64,000 nucleotides of DNA, from assembly GCA_016180435.1 (NCBI GenBank), contig JACPBG010000002.1, positions 60,342 through 124,341 on the forward strand, in the 5' to 3' direction. How positions within the stretch are numbered: the stretch's first letter is position 1; each line of letters opens with the position of its first letter. The position numbers and the translations under genes are program-made. The DNA comes from Candidatus Sungiibacteriota bacterium. GTDB lineage: Bacteria > Patescibacteriota > Minisyncoccia > Sungbacterales > HO2-52-23. Of the stretch, positions 18,500 to 28,292 are shown in pieces. The notes under the pieces were generated by a model. It was not told where the DNA came from. It searched no databases and was given only the letters and a program-made list of their open reading frames with translations.

Positions 18500-18545
18500 C
18501 GGACTTTTTATTTTCTCGCGTAAATTTTATTTGAAAAAACGCGAA
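18500..18545. terminator. Bidirectional terminator-like inverted repeat (ttttattttctcgcgt ... acgcgaaaataaaa) between convergent genes.
   Basis: Seen in the sequence. Confidence 0.5.
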
Positions 18546-18590
18546 AATAAAATGTCATCCGAAAGGATGACGTTTCTATATAGATACGCC

Positions 18591-19148
18591 CTAATGATAT
18601 GGAGAAAATGTCGCCTCTTTTAATCGCCAGTGTAATTTTATTCCCGCTTGATCTTCCGCAAAAATATCTTTCACGAAGTTGTCGAAACGAGCCGAGAATG
18701 GATACTTTTGCAAAGTAAGGTCGGCCAGAAGATGCAGCTTGTCTATCGGAAAGCGCTTCAGGCAAAATACATATGCCTCGGCAATGTCTGATCTTGAGCA
18801 TCCCTCGTCCCTTTCCCGCGGCCAGATACGATGCAGTACTGAAATCATCTTCAGTTTAAATTCGGAGTTTCCGAACCGCAAAAGAAAAAGAAGGAGCTGG
18901 CGGATTGTTCCTGCAAAAAAGATTTCCCAGCTCCTGCTTTTTCGTGCGGCTGAACCTTGTTTATAAAGACCCAATTTCCACCATAGTTCGGCGGGTCTGC
19001 TGTCCGGCATTTTCAGCACTTTCCATTGATATAACATCCAGTCAAGAACGCCGGGAACTGCAACCTCTTTTTGATAGCAGATTTTTTCTAAATCATGAAG
19101 CGCCAGTGGATACTTCTTTTTAAAAGTAGCACTTGTATGCCAAGGCAT
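18591..19148 (-). CDS. Hypothetical protein.
   Basis: 185-aa ORF convergent with the GHKL/STAS operon. No recognisable motif. Confidence 0.4.
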   Translation of the reverse strand: MPWHTSATFKKKYPLALHDLEKICYQKEVAVPGVLDWMLYQWKVLKMPDSRPAELWWKLGLYKQGSAARKSRSWEIFFAGTIRQLLLFLLRFGNSEFKLKMISVLHRIWPRERDEGCSRSDIAEAYVFCLKRFPIDKLHLLADLTLQKYPFSARFDNFVKDIFAEDQAGIKLHWRLKEATFSPYH

Positions 19149-19205
19149 TTATTTATCTCCTATAGCTGGTATGAGCTTCACACAAGATAACAAAAAAACG
19201 TTATT

Positions 19206-19514
19206 TTGTCAATCTTGCAAAATAGTACAGATTATGCTATTTTAGTTTTAGTTCATTTTTCGCGTAGGTGCAATATGTCTAGTTGGCTGGATACGGAAAA
19301 AGGTCAAGAATTTTTCAAAAAAGCCTTTGAGGTTGCCGATTTGCCGGAGGTTGATGGAGATGTCTTGGAGCAAGGCACATACACCAACCGTCAAATCGCC
19401 GAAAAAGCCGGAAGCCCAGAAAAATTGCTGTCATTGCTTATGAATGTATCCGGTGATCGGGCGACGAAAAGATCGATCCTTAGTTTCGCCGTGGAAATGG
19501 ATTTAGAAGATTAA
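19206..19514 (+). CDS. Hypothetical small acidic protein (start possibly 19275).
   Basis: ORF only. Confidence 0.3.
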   Translation: MSILQNSTDYAILVLVHFSRRCNMSSWLDTEKGQEFFKKAFEVADLPEVDGDVLEQGTYTNRQIAEKAGSPEKLLSLLMNVSGDRATKRSILSFAVEMDLED

Positions 19515-19554
19515 GTTTAGTAAGTTTTACCGCATGGTTTGCCCTGCGGCTTTT

Positions 19555-21375
19555 TTATTTAATAAACCGTTCCGCCTGCAGGGACCAAAGGCGTTTATAA
19601 ATTCCGCCGCGTGCGATTAAATCCAAATGTGTTCCTTCTTCCGCTATTTTTCCGCGGTCTATTACTATAATTCGATCCATCTGCATGATGGTGGAAAGGC
19701 GATGGGCAATTACGATCGCGGTTTTTTTCTTAAGCAAATTTTTTAAGGCATCCTGAATCAGCGCCTCTACTTCCGAGTCCAAACTTGAGGTTGCTTCGTC
19801 TAAAACCAAAATCGGCGTGTTGGCGAGGATGGCCCGCGCAATTGCTACTCTTTGCCGTTCTCCGCCGGAAAGTTTTACTCCGCGTTCTCCCACGTATGTG
19901 TCATAGCCATAAGGAAGCCGTGAAATAAATTCATGGCAGTGCGCTTTTTGGGCCGCATCCATGATCTCTTTTTCGGTCGCATTCAGGCGTCCGTAGCGTA
20001 TATTTTCGGTAAGGGTGCGGTGGAATAAAATGGTATCTTGCGGCACCAGCGCAACGGATGTGCGTATGCTGTCTTGCGTTACTTCGGCAATGTTTTGCCC
20101 GTCAATCATTATTTTTCCATTATTTATATCATGGAAACGCAAAAGAAGCGTTACCACCGTGGTTTTTCCGGCGCCGGATGATCCGACCAGCGCAATTTTT
20201 TCTCCGGGCTTGACGCGTAAACTGAAATTTTCAAGCACTTTGCGCTTATCATGAAATCCGAAAGTAACATTTTCAAATTCAACCATACCCCGGGAAACCG
20301 CAAGTTTTTTTGCGGAAGGCGCATCTTTTATATCCGGAGGTGTATTTAAAATTTCCACCATTTCAGCCGCATCGGCAAGCGACTCATAAACTCGGCGCAC
20401 CACCCGGCCAAAGTCCCAGATTCTGTGAAATAGCACGATCAAATACCCTTGAATCAGGGCAAAATCTCCGACGGTAACCTGGCCGCTTGACCAGAGCCGG
20501 ATCCAGGCATAAAACAAACCCACTTCAATTGCGATCATGAGAAGCGCTTGAATCCCGTCAGCTGCTTCTCCGATGCCCCATCCCCAAAAACGCAGGCGTT
20601 TTAATTCATTCATGACGTTACGGTAAATAGTTTTTTCATGATCATAATTGGAAAATAGTTTTATGGTAATGACGTTAGTCAGGGCGTCGGAAAGCGTTCC
20701 GGTTGCTTCCGAGTCCTTTTCGGCCCGGGCCCGGTCATATTTTAATTTCCAGCCCGCGATAAAATAATAGATGACTCCAAAGAGCAAAATCCAGATTGCC
20801 AAAGCAATTCCGAGGACGATGTGGCGTTTGAAAAGAACAATAAGTATCCCGGTAACTATGACAAAAAGCGGAATGATGCTGAATAAAATCTGATCGGTTA
20901 TCTCCTCAAACGAACGGGACAGGCGCGCCACCTTTCTTACCAGCGATCCGGTGAAATTGTTTGTAAAGAAGCGGTGCGAGTGCCCGAGTAGATTTGAGAA
21001 AGCGGTCAGGGACAGGTCATTCATCACGTTGGCCCGCATATATATATTTGCTATGCCGAACAGACGATGTATGGTCCAGCGCGATATTTCCAAAGCCGCG
21101 ATAATGCCGAGGATCCACATGAGTTGGCGGTTGATTTCTGCCGCTTGAAGCGCCGTATTCGTAACCGTGTCAAGAAACATTTTTAAGAACCAGGGCATGG
21201 TTACCGCAATAATCTGCATCGCGATTGCGGACAAGAAGACCACAATCGATGTCCCGGGATATTTTCGGGCGTGTTCCCAAAATACCCGCCATATCAGGCG
21301 AAGTGTATGGCGGTTTAATTCCGGCTTTTTTATTTTGGCGGATGCCAATTGCGTCATAACTCGATTTTTTTCCAT
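19555..21375 (-). CDS. ABC transporter, fused permease/ATP-binding exporter (MsbA-like).
   Basis: Walker A GSSGAGKTT, signature LSGGERQRVAIARAIL, Walker B LVLDEATSSLD, and six N-terminal TM helices. Confidence 0.9.
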   Translation of the reverse strand: MEKNRVMTQLASAKIKKPELNRHTLRLIWRVFWEHARKYPGTSIVVFLSAIAMQIIAVTMPWFLKMFLDTVTNTALQAAEINRQLMWILGIIAALEISRWTIHRLFGIANIYMRANVMNDLSLTAFSNLLGHSHRFFTNNFTGSLVRKVARLSRSFEEITDQILFSIIPLFVIVTGILIVLFKRHIVLGIALAIWILLFGVIYYFIAGWKLKYDRARAEKDSEATGTLSDALTNVITIKLFSNYDHEKTIYRNVMNELKRLRFWGWGIGEAADGIQALLMIAIEVGLFYAWIRLWSSGQVTVGDFALIQGYLIVLFHRIWDFGRVVRRVYESLADAAEMVEILNTPPDIKDAPSAKKLAVSRGMVEFENVTFGFHDKRKVLENFSLRVKPGEKIALVGSSGAGKTTVVTLLLRFHDINNGKIMIDGQNIAEVTQDSIRTSVALVPQDTILFHRTLTENIRYGRLNATEKEIMDAAQKAHCHEFISRLPYGYDTYVGERGVKLSGGERQRVAIARAILANTPILVLDEATSSLDSEVEALIQDALKNLLKKKTAIVIAHRLSTIMQMDRIIVIDRGKIAEEGTHLDLIARGGIYKRLWSLQAERFIK

Positions 21376-22460
21376 AATTTGTTTCTTCTTAAATATATGG
21401 ACCTTGGATAATCGGCGGCAGTCACCAGTTCATCAATTCTTTCACTGATCAGCTCGCCGGTATTTCTTCCTCCGCGTCCGTCAATCTCGGTAAAATATAC
21501 TCCGTCTTTGGTGAGCATGACAATATGAGCGTCGTCGTAATAATACCAGCGCGCATCCAGAATCGGTTCCTGCAGGGTTATAATCTGTTCTATTAGGCCC
21601 TTTTTTTGAAACGGCTGGTATTCATTATCCTGCAGCCATAATATTTCTATACTGTTTTCTTTTTTTAAGATAAGTTTTTCTCCTTCCGTATCAAATGAAA
21701 TTGCTTTAGCGCCTCCGGCCAGGGGTTTCAATTCATTGGTTTCACTTTCTATTATAAAAAGTCCTCCGCCGGCATCCAAAATCGCCAATTCGCTGCGCGG
21801 CGATATGAAAAATTGCGCCGGTATTTTGTCAGAAAGGAAAAATCCCGGTCGGCCCAGCGTTTCAATCATCCCGTTACTATTTAATTTTGCCGCAAAACCG
21901 GCTTCGGTAATAAAAAATATAGCGCCGTCGATATAGGCAAATGAATTCACTCCGGGTGTCAGCACGGTTGTCGTGGCGCGGCCGTTTAGCACGCGGTCTT
22001 CAACCAGATTGTTTTTTTTATCAAGCCGAATTTTACGCGCGGAAGTGGTAGTCGCCAATCCCAAAGATATGATTTCGTCGCGTGTTGCCGTGGCGGTCAT
22101 GACCGGTGAGGGGATCAGGATGACATTTCGTATTTCGGTTACGGCGGCTTTTTCCACGGTTACGGTTTTTGACCAAGGCCGGTAATTTTCCTTTTCCAGA
22201 CGTAGCAGATGTATGCCGGGCCTGATTTCGGTCAATAGCGCCCCGCCGGAAAAAATTGATGTCTCTTTCTGAAATTCGTTGTCCAGAAAAATTGAGATGC
22301 TTGCGATCGTGGATTTTATAAAAATACCGCCGCGCTGCTCCAGCGAGCGTGATGATAAATTGATCGTATAGCCGAGCGAATGAGCAATTACTATCGGCAA
22401 AAGCACGATAAATGCGGCCAGCAGGAGATAAAAAATTTTTTTTCTGGTTGCCAGCTTCAT
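21354..22460 (-). CDS. Membrane-anchored hypothetical protein with a PEGA-like segment.
   Basis: N-terminal TM helix. ENYRPWSKTVTVEKAAVTEIRNVIL resembles a PEGA domain. Confidence 0.45.
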   Translation of the reverse strand: MKLATRKKIFYLLLAAFIVLLPIVIAHSLGYTINLSSRSLEQRGGIFIKSTIASISIFLDNEFQKETSIFSGGALLTEIRPGIHLLRLEKENYRPWSKTVTVEKAAVTEIRNVILIPSPVMTATATRDEIISLGLATTTSARKIRLDKKNNLVEDRVLNGRATTTVLTPGVNSFAYIDGAIFFITEAGFAAKLNSNGMIETLGRPGFFLSDKIPAQFFISPRSELAILDAGGGLFIIESETNELKPLAGGAKAISFDTEGEKLILKKENSIEILWLQDNEYQPFQKKGLIEQIITLQEPILDARWYYYDDAHIVMLTKDGVYFTEIDGRGGRNTGELISERIDELVTAADYPRSIYLRRNKLWKKIEL

Positions 22461-22517
22461 ACTTATATTGTAGCAATTTTGCGGGCGTTTGAAAATAACG
22501 CCTTTTCACGCTACGAT

Positions 22518-23831
22518 ATGTTTATGTCTGTAGATAAATTTATTATTAAGGGCGGTAAGCCGTTGGCGGGTGAGATTGAGGTACGCGGATCCAAAAATGC
22601 CGCGACCAAATTGATGATTGCCTCACTTCTTACGGATGAGCCCTGTGTTATTGAAAATGTCCCGCTGTCGCAGGATACGGATATTACTTCAGAACTTTGC
22701 GGGAAAATCGGAAGCAATGTGGAGCTTGATCGTGATTTACATGCGATTAAAATCCATACGCCGAAGGTCTTGCATCCGGTTGTGCCGGAATTATCGCGGA
22801 AAAATCGCATACCCGTACTGGCTATCGGGCCGCTTTTGCATCGTACGGGCATTGCGGAAGTACCGGTGCTGGGCGGGTGCCCGATCGGGCACCGTCCCAT
22901 AAATTTTCACGTCGAGGCATTGTCTAAAATGGGGGTAGAGGTTGAGCGCCGGCCGCAATCATATTTTGCCAAGACCTCGGAGATCCATGGAGCTGAAATA
23001 GACCTTCCGTTCCCGTCTGTCGGCGCTACCGAAAATATAATCTTATTTGCGGTACTTGCCCGCGGGAAAACATTGATCCGGAATGCGGCCGTGGAGCCGG
23101 AAATTTTCAATCTGGTTGAGATGCTTCGCGGGATGGGAGCTGAAATTCTTTGGAGATCTGACGAGAGGATCATAGAAATAGAGGGAGTAAGCCGGCTCCG
23201 CGGAGTTTCGATAGAAACAATTCCGGATAGGAATGAGGCGGTATCATTTGCCGTGGCCGCCCTGGCAACCGGCGGAGAGGTTTTTGTGCGCGGGGCGCGC
23301 GAGGATCATCTGAAATCATTTATTGCTAAAGCGGTTGATGCGGGGGGATCGGTCTTTGTGCAGGATGGCGGCATTAAGTTTAAAGCCGGTAAGCGGTATG
23401 GGCCGGTTAAAATTGAAACCTCGCCACACCCGGGATTTATGACTGATTGGCAGCAGCCGTTTTGCGTTCTCTTGACGAAGGCGGACGGAGAATCAATAAT
23501 ACATGAGACGGTTTATGAGGATAGATTTGGTTATGTAAAGGATTTGACCCGCATGGGGGCGCGGATTGAGGTATCGGATAAATGTTGGGGTGATATGAAA
23601 TGCCGGTTTGCGGGCGTCTCCGCCATGCATAGTATCAGTATTAACGGGCCATCCCGTCTTCATGGGACAGATATTACCATGATTGATATCCGCGCCGGCA
23701 TGGCGCATATCATTGCCGCGCTTTCCGCTGAAGGAGAGTCGGTTATTACGGGGATTGAACACATTGATAGGGGATATGAGAAGATTGAGGAGAGGTTAAG
23801 AAAATTAGGGGCGGAAATTAGGAGGGTGTGA
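22518..23831 (+). CDS. murA: UDP-N-acetylglucosamine 1-carboxyvinyltransferase.
   Basis: MSVDKFIIKGGKPLAGEIEVRGSKNAATKLMIASLLTDEPCVIENVPLSQD aligns to the MurA N-terminus. Confidence 0.85.
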   Translation: MFMSVDKFIIKGGKPLAGEIEVRGSKNAATKLMIASLLTDEPCVIENVPLSQDTDITSELCGKIGSNVELDRDLHAIKIHTPKVLHPVVPELSRKNRIPVLAIGPLLHRTGIAEVPVLGGCPIGHRPINFHVEALSKMGVEVERRPQSYFAKTSEIHGAEIDLPFPSVGATENIILFAVLARGKTLIRNAAVEPEIFNLVEMLRGMGAEILWRSDERIIEIEGVSRLRGVSIETIPDRNEAVSFAVAALATGGEVFVRGAREDHLKSFIAKAVDAGGSVFVQDGGIKFKAGKRYGPVKIETSPHPGFMTDWQQPFCVLLTKADGESIIHETVYEDRFGYVKDLTRMGARIEVSDKCWGDMKCRFAGVSAMHSISINGPSRLHGTDITMIDIRAGMAHIIAALSAEGESVITGIEHIDRGYEKIEERLRKLGAEIRRV

Positions 23832-23849
23832 TTATCGCTCGGCATTTCG

Positions 23850-23957
23850 TTTTCAAGACACGCAAATTTTTGCCAGCGCAAAAATTTGCTAAGGGTCGGC
23901 GAAGTTTTCCGCCAAAGGCGGAACCATGCAAACTTCGCCTCCCATTGTCTTGAAAAC
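23850..23957. repeat. Family C MITE-like element, diverged copy 3, with compensatory changes in the internal stem.
   Basis: TIRs ttttcaagacac / cattgtcttgaaaa. The ctaagggtcgg core is conserved. ggcgaagttt/aaacttcgcc replaces ggacaaattt/aaatttgtcc. Confidence 0.65.
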
Positions 23958-24014
23958 AAAATGCTTCGCATAATTTCAATCTTTTGGTGAGAGGAGAGGA
24001 AAAGGAGCAATTTT

Positions 24015-25025
24015 ATGTTTATTAGAAAAATAGGAATTGATCTTGGCACTGCCAACACCTTGGTGTTTGTGCCCAAAAAAGGGGTGGTGGTGAATGAGCC
24101 ATCCGTGGTTGCGGTTTCCAAATACGAGAACGCGGTTTTGGCCGTGGGAAATGAAGCGCGGGATATGATCGGCAGAACACCCGAAACCATTGTGGCGTAC
24201 CGTCCTTTGCGGGATGGAGTTATTGCGGATTATCGCGTGACCGAGGCCATGTTGCGCTATTTTATTTCCAAAGCCAGCGGCCGGGTTCGGCTTTTTCGTC
24301 CGGAAGTAATGGTTTCGGTGCCGGCCGGAGTCACATCCACCGAGCGTCGGGCCGTGATTGAAGCTACGGTGCAGGCCGGGGCCAAGGCCGCTTATGTGGT
24401 AAAAGAGCCGGTGTTGGCCGCCATCGGCGCCGGAATCCCTATTAATGAGCCGGCCGGACATATGGTGGTGGATATTGGCGGAGGCACATCGGATGTGGCG
24501 GTTATTTCACTTGGCGGAATAGTGGCATCCACTTCGGTAAAAGTTGCCGGAAACAAATTGGATCAGGCCATTGCCGATTATATCAAGCGCCATTATAATC
24601 TTGCGATCGGCGACCGGACTGCGGAAAATATGAAAATAAAAATTGGGTCAGCCGTGCCTATGGATGATCCAAAAATGAAAATGGAAATCAAGGGGCGCGA
24701 TTTGATGTCCGGTTTGCCGCGCACCATAGAGATCCATTCTATGGAAGTTACCGAGGCGATTTCGGATGAGTTGGATGAGATAATCCATGCGGTAAAATCC
24801 GTTTTGCATGATACTCCGCCCGAACTCGCGGCAGATATAATGGACCGGGGAATTGTAATGACCGGAGGCGGATCGCTTCTGCGAAATATTGACGAGCTGG
24901 TATTTCAGGAAACCGGCGTGCCGGCGCATGTGGCGGATGAGGCGCTTTTATGCGTGGCCAAGGGCACCGGAATCGCTTTGGAGCATTTGGATGTTTATAA
25001 ACGCAGTATCATGTCTAAGCGGTAA
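24015..25025 (+). CDS. mreB: Rod shape-determining protein MreB (copy 1).
   Basis: IGIDLGTANTLVFVPKKGVVVNEPSVVAV...DIGGGTSDVAVISLGGIV. Confidence 0.9.
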   Translation: MFIRKIGIDLGTANTLVFVPKKGVVVNEPSVVAVSKYENAVLAVGNEARDMIGRTPETIVAYRPLRDGVIADYRVTEAMLRYFISKASGRVRLFRPEVMVSVPAGVTSTERRAVIEATVQAGAKAAYVVKEPVLAAIGAGIPINEPAGHMVVDIGGGTSDVAVISLGGIVASTSVKVAGNKLDQAIADYIKRHYNLAIGDRTAENMKIKIGSAVPMDDPKMKMEIKGRDLMSGLPRTIEIHSMEVTEAISDELDEIIHAVKSVLHDTPPELAADIMDRGIVMTGGGSLLRNIDELVFQETGVPAHVADEALLCVAKGTGIALEHLDVYKRSIMSKR

Positions 25026-25124
25026 AGCGCGGCTCCCTTGGTATATTACAGAAAAAAGACGCTCGCAGGGTGTTAAATCTTTAAATTCTTAAATTTTAGC
25101 GATCCCATTACTTACTGTTATAAA

Positions 25125-25160
25125 AAATAGTTCCCGAGTTAAGTTAAGGGACTACCCTTG
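25125..25160. repeat. Family H short repeat (aaaatagttcccgag...agggactacc).
   Basis: Second copy at 31085..31130. Confidence 0.5.
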
Positions 25161-25161
25161 A

Positions 25162-25812
25162 ATGATAATAAAAAAATTTTTACATTCCTGTATTTTACTT
25201 GAGGAACAAGGGCGAAGACTCCTTATTGACCCCGGTGATATGTCGTTTTTCGAGAAGAAAATATCACCCGAAGATATCGGTGGGGCGGATGTTATAGTTT
25301 TTACTCATAGGCATAGTGACCATTTAGATCTAGACATATTAAAAAAATTTTTAAGTTTGAAACAAGCTAAAATTTTGGCTCATGAAGAAATTGGTAAAAA
25401 ACTAAAGGAGTCGGATATTCCATACACATCGATATCTGCGGGTGAGACGAAAATAGTTGAAGGATTTACTATCGAAACAATTGAGGCGCCGCATGGACAT
25501 GGTTTAAGTGTGCCCTCGCCGTATAATCTCGGCTTTAAAATAGACAATGCATTTTTTCATCCCGGCGACTGTGTCTCGTTAGAAAACATTGAAACTAAAG
25601 TTTTGGCACTTCCCGTTATGGGTTCTTGGATGCGTTTTCCGGAGGCAGTATTATTTGCTAAACGAGTAAAGCCACAGTATGTAATTCCTATTCATGATGC
25701 ACTTATTGGGGACGTATTCATTGATAGGGTTTACGACTATTATCGAGGGCCATTAGAAAAAGACGGCATTTCCTTTTATCAGCTTGGATTAGATAATTCG
25801 CTTGAGATATAA
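25162..25812 (+). CDS. MBL-fold metallo-hydrolase.
   Basis: FTHRHSDHLD (HxHxDH) motif. Confidence 0.7.
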   Translation: MIIKKFLHSCILLEEQGRRLLIDPGDMSFFEKKISPEDIGGADVIVFTHRHSDHLDLDILKKFLSLKQAKILAHEEIGKKLKESDIPYTSISAGETKIVEGFTIETIEAPHGHGLSVPSPYNLGFKIDNAFFHPGDCVSLENIETKVLALPVMGSWMRFPEAVLFAKRVKPQYVIPIHDALIGDVFIDRVYDYYRGPLEKDGISFYQLGLDNSLEI

Positions 25813-25909
25813 CCCCATGTCGCTAACATTAAATTGAATACTTGGAGAAAAGAATGGTTTGCTGAAGACAGCCGTCTTCGGTGGGTAGTATTAAAATATT
25901 TTAAATTTT

Positions 25910-26302
25910 ATGTCGCGTGAAGGATTACAACCAATTGTTCCGGAATCCAATCCGGCGGTTAAGAAATTAAGCCCGCATGAGATAAGTGCGCAAAAAGTGC
26001 GTAAAGAATTTAATGAGAACGTGCAAGATGTTTTACCGCTGGTTAAACGTGCGCACTCTTTGAAAGAGCTTTGGCAAGCAGTTGATACCATAGAAAAATG
26101 GAGGAGTGACGTAGATCTTGCCAAAGATCAGGGCCAAGATATACCAGATCCGCGCGAGGACGAACAAGTAATGAAAGAATATTTGCTTCGATATACGTCA
26201 GGACCGCATCGGGATATTTCTCCGATTTTTAAAGAAGGAAGAAATATATTAAAAGACGAAGTCGCGAAAAAAATTAAAGAACTGGGATTATCTGAGAAAT
26301 AG
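25910..26302 (+). CDS. Hypothetical protein.
   Basis: ORF only. Confidence 0.35.
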   Translation: MSREGLQPIVPESNPAVKKLSPHEISAQKVRKEFNENVQDVLPLVKRAHSLKELWQAVDTIEKWRSDVDLAKDQGQDIPDPREDEQVMKEYLLRYTSGPHRDISPIFKEGRNILKDEVAKKIKELGLSEK

Positions 26303-26322
26303 TCAAAGAATTCCTCAATTTT

Positions 26323-26703
26323 ATGTCTGGAGGAAATCCATTTAAAGGATTAAAACTTAAACCAGCGCAGGAGAAAGAAGAAGTTAAAGAACAACCGGCT
26401 CCGGCGCCGCGGATTATCACCAAGCCAAAAAAATATTTGGAATCCGTGGGCATTACTGATTATACCTACGAAGAAAAAGCGGACGGAGTGCATTTTTATA
26501 TTAAGTTGTCCCCGGAAGACATGGAGGAAAAAATAAAACAAGCTCGATATGTTATTAATGCGCCGCCGTTAACTCCATTTCAAAGAGAAAAGTTGTTGCC
26601 ATTTGTAAAATTGATGAAACAGGATAGGAAGCTTGATTGTAAAGTTTTAGACGGAAATGCGTCCCGTCCCAATTTATTGGAGGTAGTTGTCTTTAAAAAG
26701 TAA
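26323..26703 (+). CDS. Hypothetical protein.
   Basis: ORF only. Confidence 0.35.
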   Translation: MSGGNPFKGLKLKPAQEKEEVKEQPAPAPRIITKPKKYLESVGITDYTYEEKADGVHFYIKLSPEDMEEKIKQARYVINAPPLTPFQREKLLPFVKLMKQDRKLDCKVLDGNASRPNLLEVVVFKK

Positions 26704-26760
26704 ACCACCCGACTGGATGTCGGGCGGCGATATGATGGGAAAGGATGGCGGGTTTTGTGA

Positions 26761-27186
26761 TCACGAGGCGGTGATATTTAGAAAAAATCCGTCGGGATGA
26801 TGCGTGATAGAAAGACCCGGGCCAGTGGTGCGAAGGAAAAGGTTTCCTTCAAGATCGGGATTCTCGGCAAACGTTTTACGCGTTTTCCGTTCAAGCACTG
26901 GCAACCTGCATAGGTCTGGAATATCCAGGCCGGTAGCGCCATCTATCACGCTTAGATAGAAATCCGCACCATCCCTTTCTATCCGTATGTTCGCATCTCC
27001 ATCGGTAAAAATAGTGACTGCGTCTATACCTATTGTAGGAGAGAGCACGCGATGGAGTGATGTTGCGACCGCATCCGTTCCTCCCATCAAAACCAGTTGT
27101 CCGTCCTCGTCCTTAAACTGGGATAATATAGCCCTGAGATTTGTGAGATCCATATGTAAAAGTCCTCCTCTGACTAAGATACCCAA
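26761..27186 (-). CDS. Hypothetical protein, paralog of 31390..31875.
   Basis: Shares ...LVLMGGTDAV...DGDANIRIERDGADFYLSVIDGATG with DGDADITIIRRDDELFYVTVDNKEDG in the other copy. Confidence 0.45.
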   Translation of the reverse strand: MGILVRGGLLHMDLTNLRAILSQFKDEDGQLVLMGGTDAVATSLHRVLSPTIGIDAVTIFTDGDANIRIERDGADFYLSVIDGATGLDIPDLCRLPVLERKTRKTFAENPDLEGNLFLRTTGPGLSITHHPDGFFLNITAS

Positions 27187-27215
27187 ATTATACTATAATA
27201 GTATTTAAAAGTCAA

Positions 27216-28199
27216 GTGATTATCGGGCACGAACGGCAAATTGAATATCTGGAAAAAATCATAAGACGCGGGCGCATGTCCCACGCCTATTTATTTTTTG
27301 GTCCGGAACATGTAGGAAAATTCGCATTAGCCAAGGAAATTGCGCGTGTTTTAATGTGCCCGAATAAGAATAAGATCGGCGATGCCGGAGACGGATGCGC
27401 GGATTGCCGTCAAATTGAACAGGATATTCATCCCGGCGTAATAATTCTTGATATTGAACACACTCTTGTCTCCAAGAAAGAAATTCGTAAAGACATTCCG
27501 ATTGAAGATATACGGGAACTGAAACGCCGATTTTCTTTTGCTCCGGAGCAAGGAAAGTGGCGGATCGCTATAATTAATGAAGCGGAGAAATTAAGTGCCG
27601 AGGCCGCCAATGCGTTTTTGAAATTATTGGAAGAGCCGGGAGCGCGGACTCTTTTTTTGCTGGTAAGTTCGACGTATGATTCGGTTTTGCCGACCATTGT
27701 TTCGCGCGCCGAGCCGCTTAGATTTTCTTTGGTGTCAGATGCGATTTTGCGTGAATTTTTAGAACAAAAAAAGATAAGTCAAGATCAACGGGAATCTATT
27801 TTGAAACTTGCGGCCGGGCGCTCCGGGATTGCCATAAGATCCGTCGAGGATCCGTCTTATTTCATAAAACAGAAAAAAATACGGGATGAAATTGAATCAA
27901 TCCTCTCGTGCAAAGATATTCCGTCGGCTCTGGCCCTTACCGAGCGGGTTGCCAAAGACAAGGAGATGTTGAAAACCGCGGCTGATTTTTTGATCCGTTC
28001 ATTGCGCGATAACATCATCGCAACCATTCTGGAGTCCAAGACGTATCATACCAAAGTGGGACGGCTTAAAGAGATCCACCGCATTCTTTCCATAATAGAG
28101 TCCACCAACGTCAATCCGCGTCTGGCTATGGATGTGATGTTGATGGAGGCGTTAACCACTAACAGCACGAACAGCTTTGTCTATGGGTTTAGGTTGTAG
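27216..28199 (+). CDS. holB: DNA polymerase III delta' subunit.
   Basis: AAA+ motif HAYLFFGPEHVGKFALAKEIARVLMC, followed by a box-like segment LFLLVSSTYDSVLPTIVSR. Confidence 0.75.
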   Translation: MIIGHERQIEYLEKIIRRGRMSHAYLFFGPEHVGKFALAKEIARVLMCPNKNKIGDAGDGCADCRQIEQDIHPGVIILDIEHTLVSKKEIRKDIPIEDIRELKRRFSFAPEQGKWRIAIINEAEKLSAEAANAFLKLLEEPGARTLFLLVSSTYDSVLPTIVSRAEPLRFSLVSDAILREFLEQKKISQDQRESILKLAAGRSGIAIRSVEDPSYFIKQKKIRDEIESILSCKDIPSALALTERVAKDKEMLKTAADFLIRSLRDNIIATILESKTYHTKVGRLKEIHRILSIIESTNVNPRLAMDVMLMEALTTNSTNSFVYGFRL

Positions 28200-28292
28200 A
28201 TGCCGGTATGGCGGGAGGGTTTTAGGCATAAGGCCCTAAAACTAATACCCTAAAACCGGACCGGCTTCTAAAACATACACCTCATAACAGTT

